32,000 nt of DNA from Rhodobacter capsulatus SB 1003 (GTDB taxonomy: Bacteria > Pseudomonadota > Alphaproteobacteria > Rhodobacterales > Rhodobacteraceae): the NCBI RefSeq assembly GCF_000021865.1, contig NC_014034.1:540001-572000 (forward strand). The letters are read 5' to 3'. Made by a program: the position numbers and the translations under genes. Position 1 is the first letter of the stretch, and every line of letters starts with the position of its first letter. This document shows positions 18,957 through 26,696 of this stretch, piece by piece. The notes beneath the pieces are model-generated. The model made no database searches, had not been told where the DNA came from, and saw only the letters and a program-made list of their open reading frames with translations.

Positions 18957-19054
18957 GGGCGTATTTGAACCAGGAAAACCCTGTGCTTTTTTCTTGGGTA
19001 AAATACGCCGGGGGGAGCCTCCGCAGGAGGGCCGGGGGGCAGCGCCCCCCGCCC
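18957..19054. repeat. Short-form copy of the palindromic intergenic repeat (three consecutive hairpin modules)
   Basis: The sequence is GGGCGTATTTGAACCAGGAAAA-CCCTGTGC-TTTTTTCTTGGGTAAAATACGCC, then GGGGGGAG, then CCTCC-GCA-GGAGG, then GGGGGGC-AGC-GCCCCCC. It fills almost the whole gap between the dcp stop (18951) and the CDF stop (19058). Confidence 0.85.
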
Positions 19055-19057
19055 TGG

Positions 19058-19939
19058 CTAGGCTTGCCAGACATCCATGTGGATGATCACGTCGGTCTGC
19101 GGATAGGCCTCGCGGATCGCGCGTTTCAGGCTGCGCGCGATCGCATGCGCGGCCTCGAGCGATTGCGCGCCATCCAGTTCGATATGCAGCTGCACGAAGA
19201 CCCGCGCCCCGGCGGTGCGGGTGCGCAGGTCGTGATAGCCGCGCACCCCGGGCCAGAGCGCGGCGATCTCGGCGATGCCCTGCACCACATCGGCGGGGGC
19301 GGCGCGGTCCATCAGCGCATGCCAGCTGGCGATGCCGATCTGCAGCGCGCCACGCAGCATCAAAAGCGCCGCGAAAATCGCGATCACGCTGTCGGCCCGC
19401 GACCAGCCGAACCGGGCCGAAAGAAACAGCGCCAGAATCGCCCCCAAAGTCGGCAGCAGGTCGCCCACGTAATGCAGCATGTCGGCCGCCACGACCTTGT
19501 TGCCGGTCAGCCGTGCGACGCGGCGTTGCCACAGCACCAGCGCCGCCGTCAGCCCGGCCGAAACCGCCATCACCGCGATCCCCGCCCCCTCGGCGGTCAG
19601 CTGCTGCGACGGCGCCATCAGCCGCTCGACCGAGGCCCAGAGGATCAGCCCGCCCGAAGCCGCCACAAAGATCGCCTGGCCGAGCGAGACCAGATCTTCG
19701 ACCGAGCTGTGTCCGAAGGTGTGATCGTCATCGGCGGGCCGCGCCGCATAGACGATCGCCGCCAGACCGGCCGCCGAGACGAAAAGATCCATCGCCGAAT
19801 CGGCCAGAGATGCCGCGATCGACAGCGCCCCGGTCGCCCAAAGCGCCCAGAGCTTCAGCCCGACCAGCACCGCGGCGACGCTGACCGAGGCAAAGCCCGC
19901 CGAGAGATTCAGTTTCTGCGAGGGGGCATCATAGGGCAT
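19058..19939 (-). CDS. Cation diffusion facilitator (CDF) family metal efflux transporter
   Basis: 293 aa. TM helices carry the CDF metal-site motifs (SLADSAMDLFVS, HYVGDLLPT) and a C-terminal cytoplasmic domain (GYHDLRTRTAGARVFVQLHIELD). Confidence 0.88.
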   Translation of the reverse strand: MPYDAPSQKLNLSAGFASVSVAAVLVGLKLWALWATGALSIAASLADSAMDLFVSAAGLAAIVYAARPADDDHTFGHSSVEDLVSLGQAIFVAASGGLILWASVERLMAPSQQLTAEGAGIAVMAVSAGLTAALVLWQRRVARLTGNKVVAADMLHYVGDLLPTLGAILALFLSARFGWSRADSVIAIFAALLMLRGALQIGIASWHALMDRAAPADVVQGIAEIAALWPGVRGYHDLRTRTAGARVFVQLHIELDGAQSLEAAHAIARSLKRAIREAYPQTDVIIHMDVWQA

Positions 19940-19990
19940 CGGCGACTCGGGGCTGGGTTGCGGGCCCTGTCCCTAACCGATCTGCCCGCC

Positions 19991-20611
19991 TCAGTCACGG
20001 ATTTCATCCGCGTCCACGCCCCAGATCGCGGTTTTCGGCACCCAGCCGTCGGCCTCCTCGGCGCTGATCTCGCACCAGTCCGGGGTGCAGTTTTCCAGCT
20101 GCGCCACCGCCCCCATTTCGGCCAGCGCCACCACCGCCGATTTCGCATCGGCGCGGGCGTGCAGCTCGGTCATGTCATCCTCGACGATCACCGTGCGCAC
20201 GCCCGACAACAGCGCGTAATGCACCCAGCCGCCCGCGCCGTCGCGGTCTTCGACCCGGCGCCAGTGGCCGAATTCCGCGGTGACCCGCAAGGGCATCCCG
20301 GGATGGGTGAAGACCCAGTCGATGCGGTGCGAGAGCGAAGGGCCGCGCCGCGCATTGCCCTCGGAGCCCTTGAGCGAGACATAGCGCGGCAGGGGCAGGT
20401 TCGTCACCGGACCGCGACCGTTTTGCACGGCCAGCGCCTGCGCCACCGCCTCCTCCGTGGGGGTCGGGCTGTCATCCACCTCCTGCGCGGGGGCAGGCAG
20501 CGTGCCAAGTCCCAGCGCTGCGGCCAAGATCAGCCCCGCCAGCCGGGGCGACAGGTGTCGTTCACGATCACGCGCGCAACAAAATTGCGCTAACACGCCA
20601 AAAATCGTCAT
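19991..20611 (-). CDS. Secreted tandem SH3-like domain protein (bacterial SH3 / DUF1058-like)
   Basis: 206 aa from the ATG at 20611, which has a GGAGAG SD. It has a signal-like segment ([21 protein letters not shown]). Two SH3-like units are present (LPRYVSLKGSEGNARRGPSLSHRIDWVF...GWVHYALLSG and LHARADAKSAVVALAEMGAVAQL...DGWVPKTAIWGV). The rest of the 552-aa ORF on the track is antisense to the dehydrogenase gene and was discarded. Confidence 0.75.
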   Translation of the reverse strand: MTIFGVLAQFCCARDRERHLSPRLAGLILAAALGLGTLPAPAQEVDDSPTPTEEAVAQALAVQNGRGPVTNLPLPRYVSLKGSEGNARRGPSLSHRIDWVFTHPGMPLRVTAEFGHWRRVEDRDGAGGWVHYALLSGVRTVIVEDDMTELHARADAKSAVVALAEMGAVAQLENCTPDWCEISAEEADGWVPKTAIWGVDADEIRD

Positions 20612-20698
20612 TTCTGCTCTCTCCGGGCCTTGTAACTTGCCCCTTTGACGGTCAATTTGCACGCAAGCACACAAGTTTGGAAGAGAGGAGAGACAACC

Positions 20699-21685
20699 AT
20701 GCCCGCACCGCGACTGAGTGTTGTCGTGACGCGACGGTTGCCCGAAGTGGTCGAAACGCGGATGAAGGAACTCTTCGACGTCACCCTGCGGGAGACCGAC
20801 GACAAGATGACCCGCGAGGAACTGGTGGCGGCGATGCAGCGGGCCGACGTGCTGGTGCCGACGCTGACCGACCACATCGATGCCAACATGCTGGCCGCGG
20901 CGGGTAACCGCTTGCGTCTGATCGCGAATTTCGGCGCCGGGGTGGATCACATCGATGTCGCCTCGGCGCGCTCGCGCAATGTGCTGGTGGCCAATACGCC
21001 CGGCGTGGTGACCGAGGACACGGCCGACATGGTGATGTCGCTGATCCTGGCCGTCACCCGGCGCATCCCCGAGGGGCTGGCCGGGATGGCCCGCGGCGAC
21101 TGGCAGGGCTTCGCGCCGATGGCGAATCTGGGCGGCCGGATCGGTGGCAAGCGGCTGGGCATCATCGGCATGGGCCGGATCGGTCAGGCGGTCGCGCGCC
21201 GCGCCGCCGCCTTTGGGATGGAGATCCACTACCACAACCGCCGCCAATTGCGCCCCGAGACCGAGGCCGAGCTGAAGGCGACCTTCTGGGACAGCCTGGA
21301 TCAGATGGTGGCGCGGATGGATGTGATTTCGGTGAACTGCCCGCATACGCCCTCGACCTTCCATCTGCTCAATGCGCGGCGGCTGAAGCTGATGAAACCC
21401 TCGGTCGTCATCGTGAACACCTCGCGCGGGGAGGTGATCGACGAGAATGCGCTGGTGCGGGCCCTGAAGGCGGGCGAAGTGGCCGGGGCGGGGCTGGATG
21501 TCTATGAACACGGCGCCAACATCAACCCGGCGCTGCGCGAGCTGCCCCATGTGGTGGCGCTGCCGCATATGGGCTCGGCCACGCGCGAGGGCCGGATCGA
21601 GATGGGCGAAAAGGTGATCCTGAACATCAAGACCTTTGCCGATGGTCACCGGCCGCCGGATCTGGTCGTGCCCGGGATGCTGTAA
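20699..21685 (+). CDS. D-isomer-specific 2-hydroxyacid dehydrogenase (glyoxylate/hydroxypyruvate reductase-like)
   Basis: 328 aa from the ATG at 20699, which has an AGAGGAGAG SD. The NAD fold is GIIGMGRIGQAVARRA and the catalytic region is NTSRGEVIDENAL...LDVYEHGAN...HMGSAT. Confidence 0.9.
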   Translation: MPAPRLSVVVTRRLPEVVETRMKELFDVTLRETDDKMTREELVAAMQRADVLVPTLTDHIDANMLAAAGNRLRLIANFGAGVDHIDVASARSRNVLVANTPGVVTEDTADMVMSLILAVTRRIPEGLAGMARGDWQGFAPMANLGGRIGGKRLGIIGMGRIGQAVARRAAAFGMEIHYHNRRQLRPETEAELKATFWDSLDQMVARMDVISVNCPHTPSTFHLLNARRLKLMKPSVVIVNTSRGEVIDENALVRALKAGEVAGAGLDVYEHGANINPALRELPHVVALPHMGSATREGRIEMGEKVILNIKTFADGHRPPDLVVPGML

Positions 21686-21691
21686 GCGAAA

Positions 21692-21717
21692 GGGCGGCCG
21701 CGGGGCCGCCCTTTTCT
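21692..21717. terminator. Bidirectional rho-independent terminator between the dehydrogenase gene and the low-complexity protein gene
   Basis: GGGCGGCC-GCGG-GGCCGCCC is followed by TTTTCTC on the plus strand, and by CTTTCGCTT on the minus strand. It sits between convergent stops at 21685 and 21746. Confidence 0.8.
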
Positions 21718-21745
21718 CATGCTGCGGTCCCGTCGCGGGCCGCGG

Positions 21746-22495
21746 TCACATCGTCAGCCGGACGGTGCGGCCATGCTGGCGGTCGGGGCTGACGGCGGTC
21801 AGCGACATCGTCGAATAGGCGCCCTCGCGCGCCTGCGCGGCTTTCTGCTGGCTTTGCATCTGTTCCTGCGCCGAGGGCTTGTCGGTCAGGCTGGTGCCGC
21901 GGCGGGCGCGTCCCTCGGCTAGGGCCTGTTCGCTCATCTGCCGCAGGGCATCATCCTGCTTGCTGATGTCGGTGCGGGTCTGCGACAGATCGGTCTTTTG
22001 CGCCAGCGGCGAGGTCTGTTCGATCAGCGCGTTCAGCTCTTCGACATTGCCGCCGGGCTTGCCGCCCGCCTGCTGGTCCTTGAGCACCTCGACCTGGGTC
22101 GGCTCGCGGACCTTCATTTCGCTGGCCGCTTCCGCCGCGATCTTCTTGACGGAATAGACCGCCCCCGCGGGCTGGGTCTCGGTGCTGGCGATTTCGCGCT
22201 TCATCCGGTCGGAGGCGGGGTTTTCGGGCATCTGCCGCGCCTCTTTCGAGACGTCGCGCAGCCCGCTTTGCGGGGTCGTGTCCTGGCTTTTGGCCCGGGT
22301 CACCGGACCCGCCAGCGAAGCTTCGATGACCTGACCCATCAGCTTGCGGGAAGGCGCGCTGCCGGTGCCGCCGGCCGCGGCCACGGCGCTGACACCCCCG
22401 CCGGCGGCGGCGGATTGCGAGGCGGCCGCACGGGAAGACCCGCCCGAAACGGCAGTGACAGAAGAGACGGCAGAGACGGAAGCAACGAGCGACAT
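21746..22495 (-). CDS. Hypothetical low-complexity (Ser/Ala/Gln/Glu/Lys-rich), probably intrinsically disordered protein
   Basis: 249 aa from the ATG at 22495 (GAGG upstream). The body of the ORF has GC3-rich codons. There is no TM segment, signal peptide or recognisable motif. The N-terminus is an imperfect 9-nt/3-aa repeat (SVSAVSSVTAVS). Confidence 0.6.
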   Translation of the reverse strand: MSLVASVSAVSSVTAVSGGSSRAAASQSAAAGGGVSAVAAAGGTGSAPSRKLMGQVIEASLAGPVTRAKSQDTTPQSGLRDVSKEARQMPENPASDRMKREIASTETQPAGAVYSVKKIAAEAASEMKVREPTQVEVLKDQQAGGKPGGNVEELNALIEQTSPLAQKTDLSQTRTDISKQDDALRQMSEQALAEGRARRGTSLTDKPSAQEQMQSQQKAAQAREGAYSTMSLTAVSPDRQHGRTVRLTM

Positions 22496-22686
22496 GGCAG
22501 CCTCGGACGACAAATACCAAGGCAACCTTACACCCGAAGGCGTCTCGGATCATGGAAAAGCTCACCAAATGGTAAACTGGCGGCGGCGTGACGGGGGCAT
22601 GTCGTTTTTCGCCAAGATATGTCGGCAACGCTTGCCCGAAGCTTCGCCAACCTGCGACAACGGGGGAAACGCTTCAGGAGTGCCCG

Positions 22687-25185
22687 ATGAAGACCCATGT
22701 CAAAGCCCTTGTCGTCGGCGGCGGTGCCGTCGGCTGTTCGATCGCCTATCACCTGGCCAAGGCGGGCTGGGAGACGATGCTTGTCGAGCGTGACGAGCTG
22801 ACCTCGGGCTCGACCTGGCACGCGGCCGGTCTGCTTCCGCTTTTCAACATGAGCTATGCGACGACGCATATCCACAAATATTCGGTCGATCTGTACAAGC
22901 AGCTGGAAGCCGAAACGGGCCTGAACGCGGGCTTTTCGGTCTGCGGCAACCTGCGCATGGCGCAGACGCAGGACCGGATGGACGAATACATGCTGTATTC
23001 CTCGGTCGCGGAAACCGCAGGCGTCTATCACGAATTCCTGACGCCTGCCGAGATCAAGGAACGCTGGCCGCTGGTGCGGACCGATGACCTGAAGGGGGCG
23101 CTTTTCCACCCGCAGGATGGCTACATCAACCCCGCCGACGTGACCCAGGCGATGGCCAAGGGCGCCCGTCAGCGCGGCGTGGACATTGTCCGCAAGCTGC
23201 AGGTGAACGGCTACAAATGGACCGGCTCCGAATGGATCGTGACGCTGGAAAAGATGGTCGAGAAGGGCGGCAACCTTGTCGGCTCGGGCGAGCTGATCGA
23301 CGTTCATGCCGAGCATGTGGTGACGGCGACGGGCAACCACGCGCAGCGCACGGCGCGGCTTTTGGGCATCAAGATCCCGGCGATTCCGGTGGAACATCAG
23401 TTCATCGTCACCGAGCCCGATCCGATGCTGCAGGAATGGCGCAAGAATAACCCGGAACACCCGGTTCTGCGCGATGCCGATGCGAAATGGTATGTGCGCG
23501 AGGAACGCGGCGGCTGGATCCTTGGGCCCTATGAAAAGGGCGCCCCGGCCCGGTTCCTTTATGACGTGCCGGAAACCTTCCGCGCCGATCTCTTCCCGCT
23601 CGATCTGGAGCGGATCGAGGCGGAATACATGTCGATGATCCACCGGATTCCCTCTTCGGAAACCGTTGGTCTGAAAGACGATTTCAACGGCCCGATCTGC
23701 TACACGCCCGATGGCAACCCGCTGGTCGGTCCGGCCCCGGGTCTGCGCAACATGTGGCTGGCGGAAGGGTTCTCGTTCGGCATCACCGCGGCGGGCGGCA
23801 CCGGCTATTATCTGGCGCAGCTGATGGTGAATGGCGAGGCCGAGATCGACATGGCCAGCCTTGATCCGAAGCGTTACGGCAACTGGATGACCACCGAATA
23901 TGCCGCGCGCAAGAACGAGGAATGCTACGACCACGTCTTCATCCTGCACCACCCGGATGAAGAACGCGAAGCCTGCCGCCCGCTGCGCACGGCGCCCGCC
24001 TATGACCGCCAGATCGCGCTGGGCGCGCAGATGGGTCAGGTGAACGGCTGGGAACGCCCGAACTATTATGGCCCGGTTGATGCGCCCGCCGATTTCGACC
24101 ACAATTCCCGCAGCTTCCGCCGCGGCGCCTGGTGGCCGCATGCGGTCGCGGAAGCGCAAGCGATCCGCGACACCGCGGGGATCATCGACGCCTCGGCCTT
24201 CACCAAGCATCTGGTGCGCGGTCCGGGCGCGACGGCCTTCCTCGACCACTTCACCTGCAACAAGCTGCCCGCGGTGGGGCGGATCAACCTGACCTATGCG
24301 CTGACCGATGCGGGCACGACGCGGACGGAATATACGATCGTCCGTCTGGCGGAGAACGAGTACTACCTGATCTCTGCCGGGGCCTGGACCGCCTATGATT
24401 ATGATTTCCTGCAGAAATCTGCCGATGACTTCATGGCGCAGGGCGGCGGGCACATCGACATCCACGATGTCACCACGCAATGGGGCGTCTATGCGCTGGC
24501 CGGTCCGAATGCGCGCGCGATCCTGGCCGAAATCGTCAAGGATGCGGCGCCGGACACCGTTCTGGGCAACAAGCGCTTCCCCTGGCTCAGCTGCCGCACC
24601 ATCGAGCTTGGCATGTGCCCGGTGCGGGCAATCCGCGTGGCCTATACCGGCGAGCTTGGCTGGGAACTGCATTACCCGATCGAATTCGGCCGCTACCTCT
24701 GGGATCTGATCTGGTCGGTCGGGCCGAAACACGGGCTGAAACCCGTGGGCGCGCGGGCGCAGAACTGGCTGCGGCAGGAAAAGAGCTATCGCGCCTTCGG
24801 CAACGAACTGGGCCGCGACGCGACGCCGATGGAAGCCGGGCTTGATCGCTTCATCGACCTGTCGAAGGAGTTCCGCGGCAAACAGGCGATGCTCGACACC
24901 GGCATTCGCGCGAAATGCGTGACGCTGCTCATCGACGGGCCGTCGGACACCGATCCCTGGGGCAAGGAAGCGCTGATCCACAACGGCGAAAAGGTCGGGC
25001 GTCTGACCTCGGGCGGCTGGTCGGTGGCCTTCGGCAAGCAGATCGGCATGGGCTATGTCCGCCCCGATCTGGCCGAGGTGGGCACCAAGCTGAAGGTGAA
25101 GATCCAGCTGAAGGAATGGGATGCGGTGGTGACTGAGGACAGCCCGCATGATCCGACGAACGCCCGCATCCGCAAGGATGGCTGA
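22687..25185 (+). CDS. Dimethylglycine / sarcosine dehydrogenase-family enzyme (FAD DAO domain fused to a GcvT-like folate-binding aminomethyltransferase domain)
   Basis: 832 aa from the ATG at 22687, which has an AGGAG SD. The FAD fold is ALVVGGGAVGCSIAYHLAKAG and the flavinylation-type motif is TSGSTWHAAGLL. The C-terminal GcvT-like region includes DASAFTKHLVRGPGA, RVAYTGELGWELH and GKQIGMGYV. Confidence 0.88.
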   Translation: MKTHVKALVVGGGAVGCSIAYHLAKAGWETMLVERDELTSGSTWHAAGLLPLFNMSYATTHIHKYSVDLYKQLEAETGLNAGFSVCGNLRMAQTQDRMDEYMLYSSVAETAGVYHEFLTPAEIKERWPLVRTDDLKGALFHPQDGYINPADVTQAMAKGARQRGVDIVRKLQVNGYKWTGSEWIVTLEKMVEKGGNLVGSGELIDVHAEHVVTATGNHAQRTARLLGIKIPAIPVEHQFIVTEPDPMLQEWRKNNPEHPVLRDADAKWYVREERGGWILGPYEKGAPARFLYDVPETFRADLFPLDLERIEAEYMSMIHRIPSSETVGLKDDFNGPICYTPDGNPLVGPAPGLRNMWLAEGFSFGITAAGGTGYYLAQLMVNGEAEIDMASLDPKRYGNWMTTEYAARKNEECYDHVFILHHPDEEREACRPLRTAPAYDRQIALGAQMGQVNGWERPNYYGPVDAPADFDHNSRSFRRGAWWPHAVAEAQAIRDTAGIIDASAFTKHLVRGPGATAFLDHFTCNKLPAVGRINLTYALTDAGTTRTEYTIVRLAENEYYLISAGAWTAYDYDFLQKSADDFMAQGGGHIDIHDVTTQWGVYALAGPNARAILAEIVKDAAPDTVLGNKRFPWLSCRTIELGMCPVRAIRVAYTGELGWELHYPIEFGRYLWDLIWSVGPKHGLKPVGARAQNWLRQEKSYRAFGNELGRDATPMEAGLDRFIDLSKEFRGKQAMLDTGIRAKCVTLLIDGPSDTDPWGKEALIHNGEKVGRLTSGGWSVAFGKQIGMGYVRPDLAEVGTKLKVKIQLKEWDAVVTEDSPHDPTNARIRKDG

Positions 25186-25192
25186 AACAGGC

Positions 25193-25214
25193 GGGCCGGG
25201 GGAAACCCCGGCCC
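25193..25214 (+). terminator. GC hairpin immediately after the dehydrogenase stop (probable terminator, weak U tract)
   Basis: GGGCCGGGG-GAAA-CCCCGGCCC is a perfect 9-bp stem with a GNRA-type loop. It starts 8 nt after the TGA at 25183-25185 and is followed by GUUCGCUUC. Confidence 0.5.
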
Positions 25215-25238
25215 GTTCGCTTCGGGCCCCCGTCGCAA

Positions 25239-25337
25239 GGGCGTATTTGGACCAAGAAAAAGCGGGCGTGTTTTTTCTTGGTGAAAATACGCCGGGGGGA
25301 GACTTGGCCGAAGGCCAAGAGGGGGGCAGCGCCCCCC
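25239..25337. repeat. Short-form copy of the palindromic intergenic repeat (three hairpin modules)
   Basis: The sequence is GGGCGTATTTGGACCAAGAAAAA-GCGGGCGTG-TTTTTTCTTGGTGAAAATACGCC, then GGGGGGAG, then CTTGGCC-GAA-GGCCAAG, then GGGGGGC-AGC-GCCCCCC. It lies between the convergent dehydrogenase and GH25 genes. Confidence 0.85.
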
Positions 25338-25346
25338 TTTCTCCGT

Positions 25347-26186
25347 TCAGCGCTGGGCGCGGGCAGAGAGCCAGGCGCCCCAGGCCGCGCGCGAGCCTGC
25401 AAAGGCGTTGATGTCGACGATGCCGCCGACGCCCGGCACGACGCCGGTGCCGGTATATTGCCAGAAGGTCCAGCGCTCGCCCGGGTAGCGCTCGGAGGGA
25501 TGCGCCGTCACCGCGCGCAGCCAGAAATCCACCCCCGACAGGCTGCCCAGATCGTTGTCCTTGTAGAAACCCGGCGTGGTGTAGACGACGGGTTGGGTGC
25601 CGTAATGGCGTTCGAGCAGGCTCAGGAAGGTGCGCATCTCGGACCGCACCTTGGCGGCCTCGGGGCGCAGCTTGCAGCTGGGCGAATCGGGGTTCCATTC
25701 GATGTCGAGCACCGGCGGCAGATCGCCCGCCACTTTCGGCACGTTGCGGATGAACCAGGCCGCCTGTTCCGAGGCCGGGCGGCAGAAATAGAAGAAATGA
25801 TAGCCGCCGACCGGCACCCCCGCCGCCCGCGCCGCGCCGGCATTCAGCGCGAAGCCCGGATCGACGCGGTCGCCGCCCTCGGTCGCCTTGAGCCAGGCAA
25901 AGGACACCCCCGCCTGCCGCGCCGCCCGCCAGTCGATCGCGCCCTGATAGCGCGACGCATCGAGCCCGTGCACGGCGTAATGCGCGGGCGTGATGCCCTG
26001 CCATTCATGCGGATCGGTGTCGCCAAAGCCGCGGGGCAGGCCGGGGGCGCGGTAAGCGGCGGCATCGAGGCCCGAGGGCGATTCGAGCCGCCCCTTGACC
26101 GCGCCGTGATGTCCGCGCCCGTGATGCCCGCAGCCCAGAACCAGCGCGCACAGCGCCGTGGTGAAAATGAGTGTCGAAATCCGCAT
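25347..26186 (-). CDS. Glycoside hydrolase family 25 muramidase (lysozyme), lipoprotein
   Basis: 279 aa from the ATG at 26186. The lipobox is LCALVLGC, followed by a His/Gly-rich linker (GHHGRGHHG). GH25 signatures are present: GLDASRYQGAIDW, FAWLKATEG, GGYHFF, PPVLDIEWN and WTFWQYT. Confidence 0.85.
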   Translation of the reverse strand: MRISTLIFTTALCALVLGCGHHGRGHHGAVKGRLESPSGLDAAAYRAPGLPRGFGDTDPHEWQGITPAHYAVHGLDASRYQGAIDWRAARQAGVSFAWLKATEGGDRVDPGFALNAGAARAAGVPVGGYHFFYFCRPASEQAAWFIRNVPKVAGDLPPVLDIEWNPDSPSCKLRPEAAKVRSEMRTFLSLLERHYGTQPVVYTTPGFYKDNDLGSLSGVDFWLRAVTAHPSERYPGERWTFWQYTGTGVVPGVGGIVDINAFAGSRAAWGAWLSARAQR

Positions 26187-26226
26187 GCCTGCTCTGCCCG
26201 TGCTGGTCTGATTGCGCCAAGGGTGA

Positions 26227-26255
26227 CGCAAAACGCCCCCGCTGTCACGGGGGCG
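26227..26255 (-). terminator. Rho-independent terminator of the FAD-oxidoreductase / AhpD-like operon
   Basis: The minus strand reads CGCCCCCG-UGACAG-CGGGGGCG followed by UUUUGCG, about 30 nt after the AhpD-like stop at 26284. Confidence 0.75.
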
Positions 26256-26283
26256 CAGCCGGGCTGGCGGAAATTTGCGCCGC

Positions 26284-26646
26284 TCAGGCGGTGGTGGGGG
26301 TGCCCGCCTGCTCGGCGGCAAGTTCGTCCCAGCAGGCCAAGGCATGGGCCGCATACATCATCGCCGGGCCGCCGCCCATCTGGATCGCCACGGCGCAGAT
26401 GTCGGCGAATTCCTCGCGCGTGCCGCCCGCGCGCATCATCGCGCCGATGTGAAAGCCGATGCAGGGCTCGCAGCGCTGCGCGATGCCCATGGCCAGCGCG
26501 ATCCATTCCTTTTGCCGCTTGTCCATCACCCCGTTCTCGGTGATGGCCTTTTCCATCTCGCCAAAGCCGCGCATCGCCTCGGGGATGATCTTGCGCATCA
26601 CCCGCAGCTCGCCGCGCATCGTCTCGATCTTCGTCTTGTAGCTCAT
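26284..26646 (-). CDS. Carboxymuconolactone decarboxylase / AhpD-like family protein
   Basis: 120 aa with an AGGAGG SD 5 nt upstream. The AhpD-core pattern with the CxxC motif is present (KEWIALAMGIAQRCEPCIGFHIGAMMRAG). Confidence 0.85.
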   Translation of the reverse strand: MSYKTKIETMRGELRVMRKIIPEAMRGFGEMEKAITENGVMDKRQKEWIALAMGIAQRCEPCIGFHIGAMMRAGGTREEFADICAVAIQMGGGPAMMYAAHALACWDELAAEQAGTPTTA

Positions 26647-26667
26647 CTGGGCCTCCTGATTTGAGAC

Positions 26668-26696
26668 CTTGATATATTCAAATTATGGAATGTCAA
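26668..26696 (-). promoter_or_regulatory. Candidate internal promoter/operator within an AT-rich island upstream of the AhpD-like gene
   Basis: The minus strand reads TTGACA (26696-26691), 16 nt, then TATCAA, with an alternative TATATC at 14 nt. The island at 26661-26700 is 12/40 G+C in an otherwise very GC-rich window and contains the inverted repeat TTGA-TATAT-TCAA. Confidence 0.25.

Noticed and set aside
20612-21649. This is the N-terminal ~345 codons of the 552-aa ORF at 19991-21649.
   Set aside because: This portion is antisense to the 2-hydroxyacid dehydrogenase gene and has artefact-like composition. Only the last 206 codons, from the ATG at 20611 with an SD and signal-like segment, look like a real SH3-like protein.
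22496-22686. I checked for a riboswitch or leader in the divergent region upstream of the dimethylglycine/sarcosine dehydrogenase-family gene. It contains a direct repeat ATGTCG ... ATGTCG about 22 nt apart.
   Set aside because: I could not recognise any glycine, THF or other riboswitch core. A 6-nt direct repeat is within chance expectation, so it is left as ordinary promoter space.
12583-25337. The three repeat copies could be taken for a CRISPR-like array.
   Set aside because: The copies are 6 kb apart and separated by ordinary genes. They are internally palindromic over ~20 bp and no cas genes are present, so this is not a CRISPR architecture.
22528-26004. This 1158-aa ORF on the minus strand is the longest in the window.
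   Set aside because: It runs antisense to the well-supported dehydrogenase-family gene (22687-25185) and out of frame through the GH25 gene and the repeat. The translation is Arg/Ala/Gly/Pro-rich low-information sequence with no motifs. Long stop-free antisense frames are expected at this GC content.
26664-26676. TTGATATATTCAA might be read as an FNR/CRP-type box.
   Set aside because: The FNR/CRP-family consensus is TTGAT-N4-ATCAA, that is TTGA-N6-TCAA. Here the half-sites are separated by only 5 nt, so it does not fit. I kept it only as an unspecified palindrome in the AT-island finding.
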